Shown here: piece after piece, positions 1 through 12,800 of the stretch
How the letters are laid out: each line of letters begins with the position of its first letter
Position numbering within the stretch: the stretch's first letter is position 1
NCBI GenBank assembly: GCA_903813345.2
Contig: CAIIXF020000001.1
Coordinates: forward strand, 2,356,001 to 2,420,000
Direction: 5' to 3'
Length of the DNA: 64,000 nucleotides
Source of the DNA: Owenia fusiformis
Lineage: Eukaryota
Position numbers and translations under genes: made by a program
Notes under the pieces: generated by a model
Seen by the model: only the letters and a program-made list of their open reading frames with translations
Told to the model about the DNA's origin: nothing
Databases searched by the model: none

Positions 1-549
1 ACCAGGTGGCTGATTTGGGGGAATTAACATGGCAGGGTATTACAAAATTCCCTTAAACTTGAATATGCATCAGTTTTAGTGGTTCACTTTTCATATTACC
101 CATATGTATGTGATAGTTAATACAAATTAAAATATGTCCAGCAAAAGAAAATAGTATCTGCCCAACACAAGAAAAGATATTTCACTTTTTGTGGTTTTAC
201 AACATGGGGTCAATGGGGAATCTCCCCGACCTAGAAGTCACATTTTCAAAGAAAATTAATTTTTCATAGTTGATAAACTCTTTTCAAAACCACATTTGTA
301 AATGTAATTTTACATGTAGATTTTAAATATGACATCAGTTTGACTGAATTGTGAGTTTTTAATGATTCAATCAAGATTATTTCTACTCGCATCTGGGATA
401 TTACAGTTAATAGCAATAAAGTAAAGAAAATAAGACTATATTTTTGAAATGACATATAATGTTACTTTGATATAAGGATTTCTGAAAGGTGTAAAATTCA
501 AAGCATGTTTTTAGTTGTAAAAATAATCTTAGCTTCCCCTCATTTATTC

Positions 550-2170
550 CCACTTATTATCCCAAACGAACGAAGTTCGGTAGGGATATAGTGAAGCCCT
601 CCGTCCGTCCGTCAGTCCGTCCGTCCTTCTGTCCATTTTCTTCATATTTAGTGGAAAGATGTATATTGGTGAATAGTTGTACGCAAAAAAAATTTTCAAG
701 ATGGCCGCCGCTTTAAAAATGACGGGACTTTTTCGCAAAAACCATAAATTTTTCATTCTAAACCAAAGTAATTATTAATATTATTGTTTTAAATTTTGGT
801 AGTATATTCGCAACATCTATCTATTTCACATATATTCCGTGTTTTTCATCCTGACCCCCAGGGGCCGTGTATGGGGGGTCAGGAAAACAGTAATTTTCGC
901 TAATTTTTAGATCTTTCTGAAGTATAGCTTTATTATACTCAAATGAAAGGCAATTAAGAGTAGATTGCAAATATTGTATCTTTTTCTGATTCGAGCATTG
1001 TAAAATTCAAAATGGCCGTCTAATGTACGATTTCGCAATAATTTTTCGATCCCTTCAAAGTATGGCTGTATTATACTCAAATTATCGAAATCGTTGTTCC
1101 CTCTTCAAAAGAGGAGACGCGAAAATCTTTCCTTATAAGGTCAAAATATTTCCCATGATGCATTTCGCGGAGGAACAAATTTATACTTCCTTGTTTTCCC
1201 TCATAGGTTTAACATGGGGATTTTCACACCTATTTTTCAAACGATATATTCGTTCATATTCCCGTACGAGAGTACAGAAAAAAATATGAGAAACGATTGA
1301 TCTCTTATTAATCTTAATATAACAGCTATTTTTTCATTGTATTGATTCATAGCGTGGTGAAAACGATGATTGAAAAGTGAGAAAATATTCCGGAAGAGAA
1401 GGTCACATAATCAGTTGACTAGTCGCCATATTGGAAAAAACAATTCCATTCGACTTTCAATACTTTCATGCCAATCTTACCGCACTACAAACTGCAACAT
1501 CGATGCAACAACTGAATAAAAGTATTCATCTTCAAATTACATTATAGAGTTACGTTGAAAACCCACAAACAATTGAGCAGTAGACCAAAGAAGATGTGTC
1601 GCTATTATCTAGGTCAATCTGTTCAGTGGTCCGAAAGCAAATCTATAGTACTCGTTTCCGAATTTTGTTGTTCATTGTACAATCTTTTATTGATTAAACT
1701 CGGTAAACTGACTATTAAAGCAATGACAAGGAAGAATACTTCCGATGGTGTCATTGTTTTATTTTTTTTTATTTAGCGTGCGGGTGTAAAAACAAAATTG
1801 GGTAATTAGTTTGATTTAGAACTTTCGGGTCACGCAAATAGCTACGCGAAATGCATAGTGGGAAATTATTGACCAATCAAATTTTGTCCTTTTTGAGTGC
1901 TTTTTCAGTATATATTTGCGAACGTTCTGATTCAAAGAGCGAACCGCGAAAGGGAGAATTGAAGGAATTTTGGAGTAGATCACAATTATGGTATTATTCT
2001 TCAGATTTGTACCTCAGAAAATTCAAAATGGCTGTTTTGCAGGAATTCGCAATTCTAAAATATAAATTTTTCAATTTTAACCAAAGTAATGAGTATAATT
2101 GATTGGAATTCGGTAATTGATATTTTGTTCGTTGGGATTTGCTATTCCGCGGAGTTGCCATTGTCTAGTT
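550..2170 (+). mobile_element. Helentron-associated non-autonomous element (HINE/DINE-1/pearl-like)
   Basis: Subterminal IR ATCCCAAACGAAC...GTTCGTTGGGAT, 5' (GTCC)n microsatellite, 3' hairpin GCTATTCCGCGGAGTTGC. Confidence 0.65.
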
Positions 2171-2351
2171 GTTATTGGTATAGTCTCCACCTTTTTCTGG
2201 CTGGTGTTTGGTGTTCAGTGGTTGATGTTTAGTGTCTGTAACAGTTTACAAGTAGACTATGAATTGGACAGAACTGACTTTGCATATTGTATACTATCAA
2301 TTTTGAGCAAAAAGTATCAAAAACTGTATCATTCTATTGTACACTTTTCAT

Positions 2352-3862
2352 TATTATTAGCTCACATCGTGAGCTTTTGCAATCGCTCACTTGTCCGTCT
2401 GTCTGTCCGTCCGTCCGTCCGTCCGTCCGTCCGTCCGTCCGTCCGTCCGTCCGTCCGTCCGTCCGTCTGTCTGTCTGTCCGTGAACAATAGTGGCACGTT
2501 TTAAAACCTCTGTCGATAGGATTCCTGTTTTAAGTTATTTCTGTTCAACATCAATACAGAAAACTCCCCTATGACTCCTGGTTCAAAAGCTTGCCTATTT
2601 TCAAAATGGCCGCCATTTTTGTCTCGCGAAATTCACTTTTGACCCATTTCCTAGCTTTACAAATAATTTCAGGTGTCCTACATTGTAAAAATCTGTGTCA
2701 ATGTAAAGAGTAGATATATGAAACAATTTTGTTACGAAAAATCAGCGAAAAATTATATCTATATTTTTATTTTCAGCCATTTTAGTTAACATTGATTTGT
2801 CCATCTGACTTGTGAAATCCACTTTTCCGTCAACAACAGTGGCACGTTTTAAAACCTCTGTCGATAGGATTCCTGTTTTAAGTTATTTCTGTTCAACATC
2901 AATACAGAAAACTCCCCTATGACTCCTGGCTCAAAAGCTCGCCTATTTTCAAAATGGCCGCCATTTTTGTCTCGCGAAATTCACTTTTGACCTATTTCCT
3001 AGCTTTACAAATAATTTCAAGTGTCCTACATTGTAAAAATCCATGTCAATGTAAAGAGTAGATGTATGAAATAATTTTGTTACGAAAAATCAGCAAAAAA
3101 TTATATCCATTTTTTTATTTTCAGCCATTTTAGTTAACATTAAATTGTCCATCTGTCTCGCAAAATCCACTTTTGGACCATTTGCCTTAAACCCTCTGTC
3201 GATGGGATTCCTGTTTTAAGTCAATTTTGTTCAACATCAATACAAAAAACTCTCCTATGACTCTTGGTTCAAAAGCTCGCCTATTTTCAAAATGGTCACC
3301 ATTCTTGTCTCGCGAAATTCACTTTTGGCCCATTTCCTAGCTTATACAAATAATTTCAGCTGTCCTGCATTGTAAAAAGCCATGTCACTGTAAAGAGTAG
3401 TTGTATGAAATAATTTTGTTACAAAAATCGGAAAAATATTATATCAGTTTTTTTATTTTCAGCCATTTTAGTTAACATTGATTCGTCCATCTGTCTCTCA
3501 GTCAGTCCAAAAAAGTGGCAAGTTTTAAACCTCTGTCAACACTTTTTAAATCCTCTGTAGATAGGATTCCAGATATAAAATAATTTTGTTCAACATCAAT
3601 AAAGAAAAAAAACCTGTGACTCCTGCTTCAAAACCTCGCCTAATTTCAAAATGGCCACCATTTTTGTCTCGGGAAATTCACTTTTGGCCCATTTCCTAGA
3701 TTTACAAATAAGTTCAGGTGTCCTGCATTGTAAAAAGCCATGTCTTTGTAAAGAGTAGTTGTATGAAATAATTTTGTCACAAAAAATCTGCAAAAAATTA
3801 TACCCGTCTTTTTATTTCTACTTTTGAGCAACACCATGTGAGCCCAGTACCCAAGGTACTAA
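2352..3862 (+). mobile_element. HINE/pearl-like element with (GTCC)n tract and ~350-bp internal tandem repeats (about 4 units); partial copy at ~8040-8540
   Basis: Subterminal IR GCTCACAT...ATGTGAGC, microsatellite 2393-2481, unit starts 2491/2839/~3190/~3550, 3' hairpin AGTACC-CAA-GGTACT. Confidence 0.7.
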
Positions 3863-3879
3863 TTTTTTTTATATTTCAG

Positions 3880-6800
3880 AGGTCCATTGAACATGAATTG
3901 AACAGACAGAGTCAGTCAGATATTACTACAACTCTCCTCAGCTACATGATCATATTTGTGTGTGTCTCTATCACAGTTTGTACAGCGCTTGGTAGATACA
4001 ACAGTGTCTCCAGAATACTGGTGAGTATTAGTATACAGTGTTGGGTTCAGGGAGTTACAGAATCTCAGGAATCAGCTGGGGGAGTGGTTATGTGGAAAAA
4101 TCAGAAAATTTAAAATACAAAGCTAGGCCAAACTATAAGTAGCAGTGTTGAATATATAAGCACAAGTGCCAAAGGGAAAGGACCAAAAACTGTAAAGAAA
4201 CCCAGCAAGAAAAGCAACACTCTAAGAGGAGGAAATAACCCAGGATTCAAAGATGAACCTCTCTCAAGGTAAAAATGAATGTTTACATGGAGATTCATTT
4301 TGGTTTCAAACTTGGTTTCTATTTCAGATTGATTCTCAGATCACACTTGGCCTAACTGGTGTGTTGATTGTGCTCGTCTCTGTATTTGGAGCTATTGGCT
4401 TCTTTAGCTACCTGGGGGTACCAGCGACACTGATTATCATTGAAGTGGTACCATTCTTGGTACTGACTGTAGGAGTTGACAATATATTCATCCTCACACA
4501 GGCCTTTCAGGTAAAATAAATATGGTACAATAAAATTATCTTTTCAAATACGATTCTATTGGAAATAATGACTTTAATACCTAATATTTAGTAATCCACA
4601 AATACCACATTTTTATCCCACCGAACGAAGTTCGAGCTGGATATGGAAAAGCCGTCCATCTGTCCTTTATTCCATCCGTTCATCCGTCCATTTGTCAGGA
4701 TGATAACTCAAATACCTGTTGACAGATTTGATTCAAATTTTATAGGCTTATGCCTTATGGGAGTAGAACCTCTACTCGAGAAGGAATTTTCAATATGGAC
4801 GCTAAATTCAAAATGGCTGCCATTTTTTTGTAAAAAATATAATCTTTGATAACTCAAATACTAGTAGACAGATTTGGTTCAAATTTTATATGCTGATCTA
4901 TGGACAAAGGAGCTTCGCCGAAGAAGAGATTTTCAAAATGGCTGCTTAATATCAAAATGGCGGCCATTTTTTGTAAAAAAACAAATACAAGTGAATGGAT
5001 TTAGTTCAAATTTTATACGATGATGCCTTTATTCTTCATGAAAGAATTTTCAAGATGGCGGCTGAATTTCAAAATGGCCACCATTTTTCATAAAAAACGT
5101 AATCTTTGATAACTCAAGTACTAGTTGACAGATTTGGTAGCCACTAATAATCATAAAAATGTTTTGTTCGGTGGGATTTGCTACTCTGTGGAGTTAGTGT
5201 TTTTTTTTTTGGTTGATTTTGAATTTATGATTATTTAAACATTTTTTTTTTCAAATTCATGGGGTACCCTTTATTACATGTATCCTACTGAGTTGAATTC
5301 CATCCTATTGGTTTTGTCCTGCAGAGGGACATAAGGAGAACTGATGAGACATTAGAGGAGCAGCTGGGACGTATTGTTGGCAAGATTGGACCAAGCATGC
5401 TCCTTACTAGTTCCTCAGAGGGTGTAGCATTCTTATTAGGTAAGGATATACAGAGGTTATTTATTGAGAGGAATGGAATATGGGGTATATTCCATATACA
5501 CAACATTCAGTCCAGACCTGTAATTAAACTATTTATGAAAACTATTAGTTTCATGGGATCAAATATAGTTTTTTGCTTGTTAAAGCTGGACTACGCTCCG
5601 AAACGCAATCTTGGGTTGTTTCGGGGGTGAACTTTATCATTTTGAGCTTGATGAAAGATTATAGAATGATGAACAAATGGGGGAAATCTTGTGTAGAAAT
5701 ACTTACGATAAATGTGTCATTTCAAAGATTTTTCATTGAATTTGCTTCGATCGGAGCCGGCGATATGATTTTTGAAAGGTTTCTAAATGAAGAACGTGAC
5801 GTCACTTCCGAATCATTGCATTCAAAATAAGTAGCGTTTAATTACTTCTTCCACTCAAAATAATACAGTGGTGTAGCGGTAGAATCCTCGCCGAGCACCC
5901 GGGAGGCCCGGGTTCAAATCCCGCATTCGCATTTTTATTTTTTTAACTAAATGATTGTTCTTTGATAATTCGCAGAAAAAAAAAATTTTTATTTACATAA
6001 ACTTCATATTAGAGCTTGAAAATGTAAAAACAATATATGTCAACATATTGCGTTTTGGAGCGATGTGCAGGTTTAAGCTGATAGGCCTATTGATGTATGT
6101 AACCATAATTCTTAGTATGGATGAGGGTTTCAGAGTTAAGGGATCTTTATTAATCTTCAAGGTGGATTAACCAATATGCCTAGTATTCTCCTTGTATACT
6201 GGGATGGCTGATCTCTTTGACTAATCTTATGTTTATCTTCTAGGTGGATTAACCAATATGCCTGCTGTGAAAGTGTTCTGTTTGTATGCTGGGATGGCTG
6301 TCCTCTTTGACTAATCTTATGTTTATCTTCTAGGTGGATTAACCAATATGCCTGCTGTGAAAGTGTTCTGTTTGTATGCTGAGATGGCCGTCCTCTTTGA
6401 CTGATCTTATGTTTATCTTCTAGGTCGATTAACCAACATGCCTGCTGTGAAAGTGTTCTGTTTGTATGCTGGGATGGCCGTCCTCTTTGACTAATCTTAT
6501 GTTTATCTTCTAGGTGGATTAACCAATATGCCTGCTGTGAAAGTGTTCTGTTTGTATGCTGGGATGGCCGTCCTCTTTGACTAATCTTATGTTTATCTTC
6601 TAGGTCGATTAACCAACATGCTTGCTGTGAAAGTGTTCTGTTTGTATGCTGGGATGGCCGTCCTCTTTGACTAATCTTTTGTTTATCTTCTAGGTTGATT
6701 AACCAATATGCCTGCTGTGAAATTGTACTTTTTGTATGCTGGGATGGCCGTCCTCTTTGACTAATCTTTTGTTTATCTTCTAGGTGGATTAACCAATATG

Positions 6801-9800
6801 CCTGCTGTGAAAGTGTTCTGTTTGTATGCTAGGATGGCCGTCCTCTTTGACTAATCTTATGTTTATCTTCTAAGTCGATTAACCAACATGCCTGCTGTGA
6901 AAGTGTTCTGTTTGTATGCTGGGGTGGCTGTCCTCTTTGACTAATCTTATGTTTATCTTCTAGGTGGATTAACCAATATGCCTGCTGTGAAAGTGTTCTG
7001 TTTGTATGCTGGGATGGCCATCCTCTTTGACTAATCTTTTGTTTATCTTCTAGGTGGATTAACCAATATGCCTGCTGTGAAAGTGTTCTGTTTGTATGCT
7101 GGGATGGCTGTCCTCTTTGACTAATCTTATGTTTATCTTCTAGGTGGATTAACCAATATGCCTGCTGTGAAAGTGTTCTGTTTGTATGCTGGGATGGCCG
7201 TCCTCTTTGACTAATCTTATGTTTATCTTCTAGGTGGATTAACCAATATGCCTACTGTGAAAGAATTCTCCTTGTATGGCCATCCTCTTTGACTAATCTT
7301 TTGTTTATCATCTAGGTGGATTAACCAACAAGCCTGTTGTGAAAGTGTTCTGTTTGTATGCTGGGATGGCCGTCCTCTTTGACTAGTCTTTTGTTTATCT
7401 TCTAGGTCGATTAACCAACATGCCTGCTGTGAAAGTGTTCTCCTTGTATGCTGAGATTGCCATCCTCTTTGACTAATCTTATGTTTATCTTCAAGGTGGA
7501 TTAACCAATATGCCTGCTGTGAAAGTGTTCTGTTTGCATGCTTGGATGGCTGTCCTCTTTGACTAATCTTATGTTTATCTTCTAGGTGGATTAACCAATA
7601 TGCCTGCTGTGAAAGTGTTCTATTTGCATGCTGGGATGGCCGTCCTCTTTGACTAATCTTATGTTTATCTTTTAGGTGGATTAACAATATGCCTGCTGTG
7701 AAAGTGTTCTGTTTGTATGCTTGGATGGCCGTCCTCTTTGACTAATCTTATGTTTATCTTCTAGGTCGATTAACCAATATGCCTGCTGTGAAAGTGTACT
7801 GTTTGTATGCTGGGATGGTCGTCCTCTTTGACTAATCTTATGTTTATCTTCTAGGTGGATTAACCAACATCCCTGCTGTGAAAGTGTTCTGTTTGTATGC
7901 TGGGATGGCTGTCCTCTTCAACTTCCTCCTTCAGATCTCCTGCTATGTCAGTGTATTGGCTTTAGATGCTAAGAGACAAGAGGTGAGGTTCAGAGCTGTC
8001 TGTCCATCTGTGAAGATGACATAAACAGCATATAAACAAGATGTCTGTCTGTCAACAATTGGCCAGTTTTAAAACCTCTGTCAATAGGAATCCCATTTTA
8101 AGTTATTTTTGTTCAACATCAATATAAAAAGAAACCTATGACTCCTGGGCCAAAAGGTCGCCTATTTTCAAAATGGCCGTCAGTTTTTTCTCAGGAAATT
8201 CACTTTTGGACCATTTGCCTTAAAACCTCTGTCAATAGGATTCCCGTTTTAAGTTATTTTTGTTCAACATCAATGTAGAAAACTCCTCTATGACTCCTGG
8301 TTCAAAAGCTCACCATTTTTGTCTTGCAGAATTCATTCATGGCCCATTTCCTAGCTTTACGAATAATTTCAGGCGTGCTGCATTGTAAAAACCCATGTGA
8401 CGGTAAAAAGTAGTTGTATGAAATTATTTTGTTACAAAAAATCGGAAAAGATTACATTCATTTTTTTTTATTTTCTGCCATTTTAGCCATCATTCACTTT
8501 TGATCAACACCATGTGAGCCGAATACCCACGGTACTATTTATTCATCCATATTGACTGGATGAGATCAAATTCTGTCTTATAAGATTATCATTTGGAAAC
8601 TCTAAATGTTGAATTTTGATCATCTAGGTTTAGGTACAGAAATAGGTTGAGGGTAAAATTTTACATGTTCTTAAAGATGCATTATACCATAGGGTTCTCG
8701 CCCAGACAATCAATGACGTCCCTTTGTTATTGCTTATATAATATCTCACATACCATGGATATATCTTGAGAATAACTTATTTGTATATTATTGCCTAAAT
8801 ATCGAAATAATCAACCGAACAACCGATCTCCAGAATTAAACACATTCGATTCCTCGGCTAGCGAGGGGAATCTCCATTGATTCACACAAGTGCCCAAACA
8901 TGCCTTGAACCAAGCAGCCAATCAGGTTCATGATAAATAAATTCAACGACCAATCAGATAACTGGGGGATATTCCCGGTATATTTAAACTTCAGATTGAA
9001 TTAAACAGGCAATGCGCCTATTTTTGAAGGAAAAAGGACAAAATATTATTTGAGACATGTCACTCACACAGTCAATCAAATATGATAAAAACTTTAATTT
9101 GGGATAATACTGAAGTGAATAAAAAATTACTCGCATAGAAAACAGCATTTGAAGTTCAGAGATTGAAAAAAGTGAATTACCACTTTTCACAAAGTGTATG
9201 TTTTGAATAACTTTTGGATTAAAAGATGGCGTATGCTTGAAAATCCTGTCAAAACTGAATGGATAATTACCCTTATACAAATTTACTGGCTGTCACAGCC
9301 CGCTGTCACAGCGCTCTCACAGCCCGCTGTCACAGCGCTCTCACAGCCCGCTGTCACAGCGCTCTCACAGCCCGCTGTCACAGCGCTCTCACAGCCCGCT
9401 GTCACAGCGCTGCGACAGCGCTCTCACAGCGCTGCGACAGCGCTCTCACAGCGCTGTGACAGCCCATCGGAATGTACCATGCAAATGAGGCTGCGACAGC
9501 GCTCTCACAGCATTTCCATATATGGCATTGATTATGCATCCTTCCTACACATAAATTTTAGTTACCTATAGCAACAAGACAAGAAGATAAGGGATATCAG
9601 AAAACATTTAGCTACCAAGACCCTGCATTTCCATCTAACTGATGACAATATATTTGCACCCTAGATCAAGTTTGCATTTAATTAGAAACTTACTTTATGG
9701 ATTCAAGCCAGCTTATATATCTATGCACTCCTTATTTGGTTTTTGCCTTGAATTCCATTGTTCAGTTTGAAAAATGTGTAATAGCTGTTATTGTACATGT

Positions 9801-12800
9801 ACATGCAAATTTCTCCAATTGTATCAATTTTATCCTTTATGGTGCACTATAATGTCTATATGTGCTAATACATTGATATTTCAGACCTTTAGTTGAACCA
9901 TGCAGTATGTACTAACTTGCACAAAATTCATTTCATTTGATCCTTTTTCTTAGATCACTAGAACAATCCAAAGGTATCTATAAATAATCAGTAGTACAAT
10001 ACCTTACATATGCTTTGTAAATTAGTAATGATATGATGGCCATTTCAGCATAACTCCTTTGTTCTTTCCTCATACAAAATTCCTGCTCTAACTGATTTTT
10101 AGTTTGAATTTTTTAACCCACAATGCATTGGTACTTCCTGCTGTGAGAGGGCTGTGAGAGTGCTGTGAGAGCGCTGCCACAAACTGTGGCTAAGAAAGCA
10201 TGTTGCTGTAATTGATCCAGCCACTTAATTACTGTCACATCCCTCTCGCAGCGATGGATGGAAATAGAATGCTGTGACAGCGCTCTCACAGCGTTCTCGC
10301 AGCGTATGGATGTGAGAGGATTGTTGCTGAAATTGATCCAGCCATCATTTTAAGCCTATATGCTGTCACAGCGCTGCGACAGCGCTGTCACAGCGCTGTC
10401 GCAGCAATTATTTTCCGTAAGGGTAATGCAAACAACAATGCCATCTTTCTATGGCATTGCTAAAAACTTGACATATATAAATTGATAGATCAAAAATATT
10501 TTTCCATGAGCTAGTGTCAACTCTGATGAGGTCTGTTTGAGCTTTTTTTGGTGTCAAATGAAAGATCAGGTGTTTATTAATCCATTGGAAATACTATGAA
10601 GATCAAAAATGAGACTTTATTTCTGCACTTTGTCCCTTTAATATCTGTGAAAATAATTAGATCGGTCAGCACAATCGCAATTTGAGACTTCTTCTTTGGT
10701 AAGTAGATGGGTGAATATGTGGTTAAGCTCAATATGCAAAAAGGTCCAGATGGGTCATGATTGTGCTATCCTATGGTATAGAGCCACTTTAATTGAAGCT
10801 AGAAAACAATGGCGAATATATGTATAATACCTCAGTAATTTGGCTGAAAATTGAACAAATCAATTTTTTATAGCTGAATGTATTTCTAATTGAAAAAAAT
10901 GCATCTAAGATTAATTCTGTTTGCAGAAGAATCACTATGACATCAGCTGTTGTGCTAAATCAGACACCATGGAGGAATCTGAGAAAACTCCTGGCATCCT
11001 GTACGATACCTATGAGAAATACTACGCACCATTCCTTCTACGCGATTATGTCCGTATTCCTGTGGTATGTTCAGCCAGATAACGTATACATACATGAAGT
11101 AAATTTTGCGAGTCAAAAAATTCTTAGGGTTCAGTGACTTTGGTTTTACCAGGAGTTTGTTCAGGTGTTCAATCACTTAAAGACGAGGTATAAAACTCGA
11201 CTTGTTTAATGTAAATGTGTTATCAATATAAATATTATAAGAGGTGTCATAAAATTCTCTTGCAATAGACAAAACATATGGGAACAATCTGTTATGGAGC
11301 TATGTGTCCGCCTCACATCTGGATTGGTAACTTGAGATAACAAGTGGCTTGCGCTTGACATCTGGCGCGCTTCTTCACGAGGTATCTCAAGTTGCCAAAC
11401 CAGATGTGAGGGGGACACATCGCTCCATAACAGGGCATATTAAAGATTAATTTGAACATTGAAAACAGTTACAAAGTGTCTCAAAACAGCAGGCAATTTT
11501 GAGAAAATTTCTTGTTGCTTATAAAACCCATTATATATACATGTAATATGATACATTTAGCCATTATGTCCCTATCATTTTAATGTATGCCTCAAGTAAG
11601 TCATCATTATGGCCAAGCTTGCCAGGGCTATATTTACGACAGACCGAAGGCATTTGTATTACATACCTTTATTTCAATAGCTACTTTATATCATTAATGT
11701 CACACATCTGTGTCCGAGTGGAATTTGGAAGAAATGAAACATGACATCATAAGACTGTCATAGTAAAAAAGTTTGGCGGCTATACAGGAATATATAGCCG
11801 ACGTTCAGCTCCATTGACTTCCATACAAATGCTTCGCTAGGTATGCAATACAATGTTATAAATGGAGTTGACCATTGCTTTATAGATGGTGGTTTTTATG
11901 GGATGGGCATGTGCATGTATTGGGATGATTGGCCATGTGGAAGTGGGACCAGACCAGAAATTATCCATACCAGAGGTAATAACTCGTACAGCACTATTAC
12001 CTTTGTTATATATACTATTATTGACCTAATATCCAGAGGGCAACTGTCCAGGTTTTACAGTTAGAATAATATAATTTCAAGTCAATAGAATGAAGAGTTC
12101 TAGTCATAAGATAATTAACTTAATCTAATGACTAATTTGAATATTCATATTTATCACATTTTTGTTCATTTTATTTCAAATTGTGAGATAAGAGGCAGAA
12201 CTTCTTGTCGCAGTTTGCATGGGCATAGCGCCCGGTACGCTGGGTACGCACAGGCATACCAGACGGTTACAAATATACTCCAAATACAACCAAATTTCAA
12301 AATTTTCCTGGAGGAGAACCCCCAGAATGTGAATGCTCGTTTTTTGATTCACTCAACTCTTGTTTCCGTGGTGGTGGCGTACTACTTAGAAAAATAGCGC
12401 TACGCCCATGGTTTGTATGATATGTTTGAAAGATATATGTTTTGTTGATTGTTGATATATATAGTATTGTATTGACAATTTCTCATACAAAGCCAAATTT
12501 GCTGCCTCAAAATGATGTTAACTGTCCAGCCTACTCTTTTAGCGGCAGTTGACAAGCGTTTAATGTCGCCACCAAAAGTGGTGATAAATTGTTATGGTTT
12601 CTGTTTTTTGTGACTGCGGTTGGTCGTTTGCATCAGGCAGTTGGTGGTTTTCTTCTGGCGGTCGGCATCTGTAACAATTTCTTACGTGTTCCAATAACTT
12701 AACAAATACTCTTAAACATTATCTTCAAGTTGAATTATTGAATCACAAACCCATTTTCTTGTTTCCACCAAAATAATTAATAAAATAAAGGTTGTGAAAA

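Noticed and set aside
2117-2491. ORFs with VRPS/PSVR repeats; likewise ORFs at 9194-9571, 18410-18664, 23612-23866 and 61721-62316
   Set aside because: Translations of microsatellite, tandem-repeat, LTR or GC-rich MITE sequence with no protein signature.
5862-5931. Functional tRNA gene
   Set aside because: Acceptor stem does not pair and the anticodon arm is degenerate; it lies inside a MITE.
6162-7922. CRISPR-like array or 154-aa repeat protein (ORF 7223-7687, - strand)
   Set aside because: No unique spacers and eukaryotic context; the ORF is the antisense reading of the amplified exon junction.
7918-7925. Copy-A D->N change as the equivalent of the known NPC1 D786N / SCAP D443N mutation
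   Set aside because: That residue corresponds to the later LDAKRQE Asp, which is intact in both copies; the change is 15 residues upstream.
8671-10641. TTAA-flanked DNA transposon enclosing the 9270-10423 MITE
   Set aside because: Candidate ends do not form a convincing inverted repeat.
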